Origin: Lytechinus pictus
Lineage: Eukaryota
NCBI RefSeq assembly: GCF_037042905.1
Contig: NC_087245.1
Coordinates: forward strand, 25,980,001 to 26,044,000
Direction: 5' to 3'
Length of the DNA stretch: 64,000 nt
Shown here: one piece after another, positions 54,307 to 64,000 of the stretch
Position numbering within the stretch: position 1 is the stretch's first letter
How the letters are laid out: each line of letters starts with the position of its first letter
Made by a program: the position numbers and the translations under genes
Notes under the pieces: model-generated
What the model was told of the DNA's origin: nothing
Seen by the model: only the letters and a program-made list of their open reading frames with translations
The model's database searches: none

Positions 54307-55991
54307 TTTTTGTCTCACCTGCATAGCAGAGTGAGACTATAGGCGCCGCTTTTCCGACGGCGGCGTCAACACCAAATCTTAATCTAAGGTTAAGTTTTTG
54401 AAATGACAGCATAACTTAGAAAAAAGGATATGGACCTAGTTCATGAAACTTGGTTATAAGGTTGATCAAGTATTACTGAATATCCTGCCTGAGTTTCAGG
54501 TCACATGACCAAGGTCAAAGGTCATTTTTAGGCCATTTTAGGGTCAATGAACTTAGACCATGTTGGGGAGAATCAACATCAAAATCTTAACCTAAGGTTA
54601 AGTTTTTGAAATGTCATCATAACTTAGAAAATATATGAACCTACATGTAGTTCATCAAACTTAGACATAAGGTTAATCAAGTATTACTGAACATCCTGCT
54701 TGAGTTTCATGTCACATGACCAAGGTCAAAGGTCATTTAGGGTCAATGTACTTTGGCCAAATTGGAGGTATCTGTTGAATTACGATCATAACTTTGAATG
54801 TTTATGGAGCTGATTCATGAAACTTAGACATAAGAGTAATCAAGTATCACTGAACATCCTGTGCAAGTTTCAGGTCACATGATTAAGGTCAAAGGTCATT
54901 TAAGGTCACTGAACTTTGGCTAAGTTGGGGGTACATGTATTTGTTGAATTACCATCATAACTTTGAAAGTTTATTGGTCTAGTTCATAAAACTTGGACAT
55001 AAGAGTAATCAATATCACTGAACATCTTGTGCAAGTTTCAGGTCACATGAGTAAGGTCGAAGGCCATTTTTTAAGGTCAATGAACTTTGGCCAAGTTGGG
55101 GGTATTTGTTGAATTACCATCATAACTTTGAAAGTTTATTGGTCTAGTTCATAAAACTTGGACATAAGAGTAATCAAGTATCACTGAACATCCTGTGTGT
55201 ATTTCAGGTCACATGACCAAGGTCAAAGGTCAATGAACTTTGGCCATAATGGGGGTATCTGTTGAATTACCATCATAACTTTGATAGTTTATGGATCTGA
55301 TTCATGACATTTGGACATAAGAGTAATCAAGTATCACTGAACATCCTGTGCAAGTTTCAGGTCACATGATCAAGGTCAATGAACTTTGGCCAAGTTGGGG
55401 GTATATTTGTTGAATTTATTACCATCATATAACTTTGAAAGTTTATTGGTCTAGTTCATAAAACGTGGACATGAGAGTAATCAAGTATTACTGAACATCC
55501 TGTGCAAATTTCAGGTCACATGACAAAGGTCAAAGGTCAATGAACTTTGGCTAGGTGGGGGGGGGGGTATCTGTTGAATTACCATCATAACTTTGAAAGG
55601 TTATGGATCTGATTCATGAAACTTGGACATAAGAGTAATCAAGTATCTTTGAACATTTCGTCCGAGTTTCAGGTCACATGACCAAAGTCAAAGGTCATTT
55701 AAGGTCATTGAACTTTGGCCATTTTAGAGGTAATTATTAGATTGCTGTCATAACTTTCAAAGTTTATAGATATAGTGTATAAAATGTGGATATAGGGGTA
55801 ATCAAGTTTCACTGACAAGTTTTAGGTCACATGATCAAGGTCAAATGTCAATGAACGTACATGTAGTACTGTATCATTATATGAATGGTGTTTTTTGTGA
55901 ATAATTATTTGATAGTAGTTTTCAAAGTCAGCACTGCTGCTATATTGAATCGCGTGATGCAGGTGAGACCGCCAGAGGCATTCCACTTATT
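54307..55991 (+). mobile_element. Helentron-associated / DINE-1-like element, family 1, second copy with ~10 tandem units
   Basis: Ends near-identical to the reverse complement of 6217-7192; longer internal array. Confidence 0.82.
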
Positions 55992-56840
55992 CATAAAGCT
56001 GTTCGTAAAGTTACGCACAGCTACATTGTATATGCACGACTGGAACCTGTTCTTAGGCAAAGTCATTCGTAACTTACAAACAGCTTTATGAAATGGGCTC
56101 CAGGTATGAGTAGTACTACATGTAGTTGAGGACTCAAGGTGGCACTATTGGTTCGTATACAATGTAGATCTGCTTTAAAACAAATTCTCAGAACAGGCTA
56201 AAACTATTCACACATCAAAACCCTCAGGCTATTGGCCCTCGGGATAAGGGTTTCCTTCGATGTGAATAGTTTTAGCCAGATCCTCGAGCGTCATAGTATA
56301 ATACATTGTATTCTGTATATTATGAAGTGTATCAATGCCACTTTGCTCAATAGCAATGCAGTATTAATATCCAAATCTAAATAATCAGTATTCTCAGATT
56401 TCCAGAAATAATCAGTAATAAATTCCTGAAGATCAGGTATGTGTGTTAAAACTTAAAACATACTTTTGACTTTAAGTACTTGATGCTGAAATATGTTCCG
56501 GTTCTATGATTATAAGCCAAATAACCAATACAATTGTTTGTTACACATAGTCATTAAAAAAAATCAATAAATCAGGCTGTATTCTTGTATTTCTATGCTT
56601 TACTTTCCTTGGCTTGGGTACACCAGAATAATTTTCCACAAAATCCATCTTGGTAAAACAGACCAGAAGTGATGAATGCAACTTTCACACACTTTATAAA
56701 CTGCACCTACATAATGTACAGTGTACATTGGGCACCTTTTTGTATAACATGTTTTGTGAAGACATACTGTACATTTTATAACAGAACAATTTTGAGCAAC
56801 TCTTTTCTACCATTTCATTCTTTCATAAATACTATGTGTT

Positions 56841-58646
56841 TTTTTGCTTATCCAGCCCAAATGGATGAGCCTATATGCCGTGGCGTGGCGTCCGTCATCT
56901 GTCGTCCATCCACAATTTCAAAATGCTTCTTCTTCATTTCAAGTCCGACTTTAATTCTGTTTGCTTTTGTGATAGCACTAGATGGGGGGATTCAAAATTT
57001 CTACACATAATTTTGTAACTCATTAAATATGCTAATTTATGCGCATTTTTCAAAATTCACAAATAATGCTTCTTTATTTGTTTACCGATTTTGATTTTTT
57101 CTGGTAGAGCTTCATGAGGTTCACCAAACTTTCACACAGAATTTTTAAATTATGCCTAGAAATTTTTTAATGCTAATTTATGCAAAATTAATTTATGCTT
57201 TAATATTTTTCCAAATTCACATAAAATGCTTATTCTTTATTTCTTGACCAATTTTGATTATTTTTCATCCATCTGGTAGAGGGTCACCAAACTTCCACAC
57301 AGAATTTTGAAATTTTGACAAGAAAATTATGCTAATTTATGCAAAATTTATTCATAAATCACAAAAATGTGTTTTCTTTTTACATGTAATTTGTTGATAA
57401 ATTTCAATGTTGTTTGCTTTATATGATAGCTCTACATGTAGGTGGGGATACAAAATTTCTCCACAGAATTTTGAAACTCATTGATTATGCTAATTTATGC
57501 ATATTTTTCAAAACTCACAAAAAATGCTCATTTATTTGTTGACAGATTTTGATTTTTTTTTTGTTCCATCTGAGAGCTACATGACTAACATGAGGTTCAC
57601 CAAGGTTCTACGCAGAATTGAGAAATTTTGACTAGAAAATTATTTATGCTTATTTATCACCAAGAAAGCTTCTTCTCTGTCATTTTTTCATCAATTTTAA
57701 TTCTTTTTCCTCAATTTATGTCACCAATATAATTCACTACAGCGTCAACTAGGGCTGTTATCGATAACCTCTTTATTGCTATTCTTGTCGATAATCGCTT
57801 GTTTTTTGCCACTTACATGTAGCGATATCGATAACCTTTCTCTCGTTGTCGATAGTACCTGCTATTATGTAGGGACATGACAGTGATTTTCTGCAATTTC
57901 ACAGAAACAGCCTTTTAAAAGTGGTTTTTCAAACGGAAAATGACGGAAAACATATTTTTCCTCAAAATGCACAGAACAGCAACAGAAATCACTCAAAATC
58001 TCAACAAAATACGAATATTTACTAGCCACAAAACACAATCTCACTTCGCTATAGGCCTAATCATGACAATCCAAACATCGTGACTGCACTCGACTCTATT
58101 CGATCGTATATCGAAAACATTCACAAGCGCAAGCTCAATTTAAGCGAAGTACCAACGTAGAAGGCAGCACATGGCCTTGTGTTGCTGCCCTCGACGTTCA
58201 AAGATATACAGCAAAATGGTGGATACATGTACATGTAGGTGAAAGATGTTGCCTGCTCAGATGTCCAAAAAGCCCCAAAATTATCGATAAAATTTCATCC
58301 AGCCCTAAAAATAATGCTAATAAAGTGAAAGGTGAGGTTGTATTCATGCTAAATATGTTTATTAAAAGATGTTGTTTACATCCGATGAAACGTTCTTGGT
58401 ACAGTGGCAGATACAAATTTTGACAAACGCGAGTAGTGTCATCGCTATAATGCATAAAAAAATGCGTATTGATTATGTTCTTTTGTCGATCGATATCGGT
58501 AAGATATTTTTAGCGATATATCGACAGAGAATTTTCTTAATGATAACAGCCCTACATGTAGTGTCAATTGGGCTGAAGTTAAAAATTGTGTTAAATTTGT
58601 TTGCGAGATGCTGGATGAGCTCCATATCAGTGATGTGCTCGTTTTT
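56841..58646 (+). mobile_element. DINE-1/Helentron-like element, family 2, interrupted by a MITE
   Basis: TTTTT-GCTTATCCAGC (56846) with 5' hairpin and CCGT-type tract, internal tandem units (TATGCTAATTTATGC), 3' GCTGGATGAGC (58610) + hairpin + TTTTT. Confidence 0.7.
57750..58554. mobile_element. hAT-like MITE nested in the family-2 element
   Basis: 13-bp TIR TAGGGCTGTTATC/GATAACAGCCCTA, subterminal ATCGAT repeats, degenerate 8-bp TSD GCGTCAAC/GTGTCAAT. Confidence 0.75.
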
Positions 58647-59569
58647 ACATATGTAGGAACAAACCAGTCTTCTCTGCAAACCCTTATAAATTGTAGTTTT
58701 TCATTCATTACTATCTTGTAAAAAAGGCACTTTATTCCTGTCTTTTATGAAAAATCTAGTTCTGCACTTCTGGGTCAAAACATTATTTGTGACATCCAAA
58801 TATAAAGTCAGTTAAAAGAAAAGAAACATTTTTTTTGCGCAAGAAAAGTGATTTGCATGAATCCAAAAAGCTCTTTCTGTACACGGACAAGCAAAAGTTT
58901 GGCCTTCACATTTCATTTTTATAATCTAAAATATTATTTTACAGGTTAATCAGGCTAATTCAGATTCTCTGATGGAACCTCAAATCCACATATTTTGAAG
59001 CTCAAAGCCATGGTGATGAATCTACGTCTGTCCTCTCTGTATAAAACGTATAGATCTGCAAAGAACATTAAAATGGTATAATTATATGTATGTCTCAAAA
59101 CAAACTACTCATAGTGATAGCCAGTCACAATGATGCACAAACTTCATTTGTAAGTACATGCAGATGAGATGAGTTACCATGGTAATCTGGACGTGATATT
59201 TTCTTTTACCTATTCCAGAAGCTAATTCAATCAGTGTGAGAAGGAACTGGGGCTCAGCTTTCCCTTTTAATGTTGGCATTGCATTATAGAGGTGAAGAGA
59301 GGTCAAGTTTATTTTTTCTCCTTTCAGGACTAAGCCTTGACAGCCATGCAGACATGTGTACACTCAAGTCCTTTCAATACACTTCTACACTGTACATAAG
59401 GACATGTTGATGTTGAGAATGATTTTAACTGCCTGCATCGGGGTGTAGACTAGAGAATAGAGAGGTTACACTGATGTAATTTTGACAAAATCTGTATTCA
59501 TGTCAGCCTGGAATGTGCAAGTGTCTGCTGCTGTCTGCTGTACTTACAAGTACTTGTTGAAGCTTGTAC

Positions 59570-60190
59570 AGGGATACTCCGTGCTCAAGATATTTATATC
59601 TCAATAAATAGAGTAAAATTCACTGAGCAAAATGCCGAAAATTTGATTAAAATCGGATAACAAATAACAAAGTTATTTAATTTTAAGATTTGCATTATTC
59701 TGGTGAAACAGTTCTACATGTACATGTAGTCATGTCTTCATGAATATTCGTTAGGTGGACTGATGATGCCATATCCCCACTTGTTCTTTTTTATTTTATT
59801 ATATGAAATTAGTTTTATTCAATTTTTTTTACCAAGAACTACATGTAAGGATATTGGATTGAGAACTGATAAATTGCATAGTTATTTCTTGCTGCAATTT
59901 ATTTCATCATAATGGAGACTCATCATTTACACATACATGAAAAAATGAAACAATTATGATTTCAAAACATAAGAAAAAGGAAAGTGGGGATGTGACATCA
60001 TCAGCCCATGTAATAAATACTCATGAAGACATCATCTACATGTAGGACTGTTTCACAAGAATAATGCAAATTCTTAAAATTCAATATCTTCGTTATTTGT
60101 TATCCAATTTTGATCGAATTTTCAGCATTTTGCTCTGTGAATTTTACTCTATTTATTTAGATATAAATATCTTCAGCCCGGAACATCCCT
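59570..60190. mobile_element. Kolobok-like palindromic element, copy 2 (inverted relative to copy 1)
   Basis: Aligns to the reverse complement of 53411-53998; ends CATCCCT-TTAA. Confidence 0.78.
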
Positions 60191-63100
60191 TTAAAATTAT
60201 TGAGAACTGAAATATATGCAGGTCTCATTTGTTTACCCCCACCCAGGTAAAGTTCGTGTAGTTTCTGTATATTAAAGCTGAAGACTTGACTTCGTACAAT
60301 AGCCAAAAGATGAACATTATTCTTGCCTCACATATAACCACCTCCAACACTGCAAATCCTGCAACCTCCACATGTAAAGTACATGTACATACATGTATAT
60401 ATAGGACAACATTCCTGTATGTTCTTTCAGATTTATAGTATTAATCTGTGCATAGACCATTTTTTGCCAGGTACAAGTAATTTGCTTCCACAATGGCCAA
60501 ATGCTATTTCACTCAGATTTTCTGTGACCGGGTGGATATAAGAAGTCATCTCCATGTACATGTATGTGCCTCCGTGTAGAATGTGATTTGTGTGAGAACT
60601 ACAGTATACTATTACATGTGCACAGGTAATGGACATTTATGTGACCTTGAAACTCTTGTATTATACAGAGGAAAGACCTTGAACAATATTCAGAAAGAAA
60701 AGATCAAATAAATGAGATAAATTCTTTTGATATCAATGCCACTTTGAACATCAAAAGCTATTCGGGAGTTGTATTTTTGGAAGGCCAGGTATCTGTATGG
60801 ATGCCCTATTAAATCTACATGTGTATGTAATCTCATTTTATTGAAGCAGACAGAAATGAAGAGGAAAGGTCTCTGTTCACAGAAGAATTCTCAAATCTAA
60901 TTACCGGTATTGGTATACATGTATGACATCAGCATACTCTGTATGTGGAGCCCTTGTTATTGGCATCTTTCTACACTTCCCATCAACTGCATCATGGGAT
61001 GTCCAGGAGGATTATTAAACTAATTCTTTAACCAAACATGAACCACATGATGGGCTGTTTTGTTTTTTGTTTATTTTTTTTTGTTTCTGTGGATGAATTT
61101 GGGACTGTGGCAAATTCTGAATTTTACTTTTTAATTTATAACAAAATATATATTTTTTCTCATACATTTGGCAAACATCATATTTTCCAAATTTCCATCA
61201 CAAATTTAATGTGTAGGCCTACAGACTACAAGCACAAACTATGAAATTTGTAGGACTTCATTCAGCTCTAGCCACGTGAAGTCCATGAAAATGCATTTAT
61301 AAGTAAGGCCTTAATATAAATCACTGCACTATGCAAATTGATTGTAAAAGCCTGAATACTCGAATTTTCTGGATGGGAAGTAGGCCTACAGTGTACAATT
61401 CTACATCATTGTCACCACGTAAAAGAGATGTGCATATACATGTAATGTATGTACCTGTACCAGAGGTTCATTGTACACTGATGCAACATATTTTGGACGT
61501 GAAATCTGAAAGATGTAATTGGCATTTCATCCTGTCTCCTGAACTCATCTTTGTACATCTGTGCTTCGCATCAGGTCTAGTCTAGCTTCAAGCCTTGAAT
61601 GACTTTAAAGGGCAAATTGAAATGAAATACATGTATTAAACTTTTGTAAGGATGCCCTACTACATAATTTGTGTATTACCCTTCATAATGATGATCAGGG
61701 GCTGCGAAACGGTTTTCAAAGTTGAGGGGATGAACCAAAAGTGGGGAAGGGGCTGCCCATGCAAAAATCTCAATCAGATGGTCATTTTAACATTTTTTTA
61801 CACGGTTTTTGAAAAAAGTTGGGGGGGGGGGGCTGAAGACTCCCAAGCCCCCCCCCCCCCCGGTTCCGCGACCACATACATACATAAATGTGCCCAATTT
61901 CAAAATCTCATACATGATACTTTCCTGAAGGCTAAACGTTCAGTAGGAATTTGATTCAGCGTGACTTTGAATGACAAGCAACTTTGGAGACTACATGTAC
62001 TTTGAGATGTGGTGTAAAAAGCACATCAGTTCATGGGTGATTGTGAATGTGAACAGTACCGTTCCTTGAAATGACCCTCACCTATAGTGTTCTATGGGAT
62101 TAGGCCATACTACATGTATACATCGGATTATGGTGTGTTCTAGGGTTATATGGTGGCCATGAGAACGTTTACCAGTTTTGCATGATCCTTTGACCTCACT
62201 GCCCAATGCTGAGTGTTATGTTCCCATAGCAACCATGTTGAAAAAGGTTGCTTTTATATTTTTAATAGGGCAAGGGCACTTTTCAAAAGGCTCATATTTA
62301 TACCACACAAATTGGAAAAATTAAAAGGGCACAAAAATCTCTCGAGGAAAGTGTGAAAGGGCCATGCTTGAGACCATCCAAGGCCATGACCTTGGATTAA
62401 TTTGAAGGCCTGGGTTTGCTGCATTGTTGTGAATGGGTTCACTCCACTGCAAATCGGCTCAGTGGGGACTGGTTCAGAGAGTGATCCGATCGGGGTCTTT
62501 TACTTTTGTTTTTAACTTGAATGGTATGGTGTATGCTAGAAAAACCTTGAATATTAATTTCAAAAGTAGATCAGTTTAATAGATGTCTCCTTGTCGTCAG
62601 ATGTAGATTTCGTTTTGGGAGTACATAATTTCATGTACATGTATGTACAGTACATAGTCTGTCAGCTGCTCCCATTTCAAGATTTGTTACAATTTCTATG
62701 ATATTCTCTATAAGCCAATCAAATTGACAACATTAACATCTTTAAACTGTCATTGAAACTTTGTTATTCAAATCTACATTTAACAAGCTTAAAAAATGAA
62801 GCCCCACATCAGAATCATTGAAATTAAGCATCAATTGCATTGTTTTTATTATGTTGTCACTCTCAGTCTTTTTCAATATATGCACAGCATCCTGCACTTT
62901 AAATTATCGTCAAGTATAATTATCTCTGTTTCATGATATACATGTATTCCATTTGGAATAAAACTGCACTTGTGTCTCCAAAGTGAGACACTCTACCATA
63001 CAAACTGACCATAAGTTTACCTACATTTGTACATGTACATGTATTCACAGTTCATTGCCATCACCAGCCAAATCAAAGCATCTCCTTTGATGACTGCGCA

Positions 63101-64000
63101 CCCTTTTCACCTCTATGGTTCATTAATGAAGCATGTAACAATCAATAATTAGTTCCCATCATTGACACAATACAGTCTGGCAGCAAGTACGGTATGTTTT
63201 TGTAATTTATAATGATGAGGAGAAAGGGAGGAGAGGTTGCCATGTGAAGGCCTACTTGTACATGTACAAACAAAGACATAATTTTCAGAAAAATATAGAA
63301 CCTTTTCAATTTTTTGTCAGGACTGAGAAATAGGAGGCGCCGCTGTTCTATACACAGTATGGCTGCAGCGGCGGAGTCCTCAACATCAAGTCTTTACTAT
63401 GGTTCACAAGTTTTTAAAATTTTGTCATAACTCTGAAAATGTACATGTAAGGACCTACATTAATTAATTATGGTTAAGAAGATTTTGAATTTTTATAAAA
63501 TGCCTAATTCAAGTCCCTATTCCGTATAATTGTCAGGTATCAGCAAGTGGATTAATTAGTAAGTATATTGAATTTGGTTACTAAACCAAGGTCATACAGG
63601 TCATTTGGGGTATAAATAAACTGCTGTTTTGATTTGATTCATTGATTAATTTTCGTCTACTAACAATATAATATAACATAAATATAACAACAAATGTTAA
63701 ATTGAGATTATTTACATCACTCTGCTTTGGTTTTAATATTGATACATATTCATTTTGTGTGTGAGACACTTTATGTAAATTGAATTACTTTTTATAAGTG
63801 TTATAAATAGGTTGTTGACCTTTCATAACTTGTAGAAATACATGTATGAAGAAAAACTAATTGATTTGAACAGTCATTCAGGGAAGCCTCTGAATTATGC
63901 CTGAATTTGTTTGGTCTCAATCTCATAAAAAATATCTTGTTCCTTTTGTAATTAATTAAGTGAGTAATTGAAATAGTAAGTAAGTAAAATAAGTAAGTAC

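Noticed and set aside
54400..55860. CRISPR-like repeat array (also 6300-7080 and 30874-31420)
   Set aside because: Eukaryotic DNA; whole units are homologous with no unique spacers and no cas genes.
63320..63430. Acceptor plus ATG (MAAAAESSTSS...) as a first coding exon
   Set aside because: The frame closes after 23 codons with no good donor, and GTCCTCAAC is shared with repeat-like fragments near 8890 and 56125.

Overview
AT-rich, intron- and repeat-rich animal genomic DNA; the repeat families suggest a sea urchin or related marine invertebrate (inference). The left 29 kb holds a minus-strand ANKIB1 orthologue (ankyrin + RING1-IBR-RING2 + Ariadne E3 ligase). I traced 18 phase-compatible coding exons (18320 down to about 412), probable 5' non-coding exon(s) and a CpG-rich promoter near 28.8-29 kb. 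29-51.5 kb is a CpG-retaining intergenic block full of non-autonomous transposons and satellites; 51.5-64 kb is CpG-depleted like a gene body but has no recognisable coding exon. Repeats include tRNA-derived SINEs, Helentron/DINE-1-like elements with internal ~160-bp tandem arrays, hAT-, Kolobok- and Harbinger-like MITEs, a GGATAC satellite and a chain of alternating inverted repeats. The most unusual signal is short insertions at TA dinucleotides (TA to TACATGTA; also TACACTGTA, TACAGTGTA, TACCGGTA, TAGGCCTA). Comparing repeat copies within the window shows several are insertions. They resemble Tc1/mariner excision footprints, number about 75 by manual count versus about 2-3 expected, and cluster in ANKIB1 intron 1 and 51.5-64 kb. 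All counts are manual; no database searches were run.
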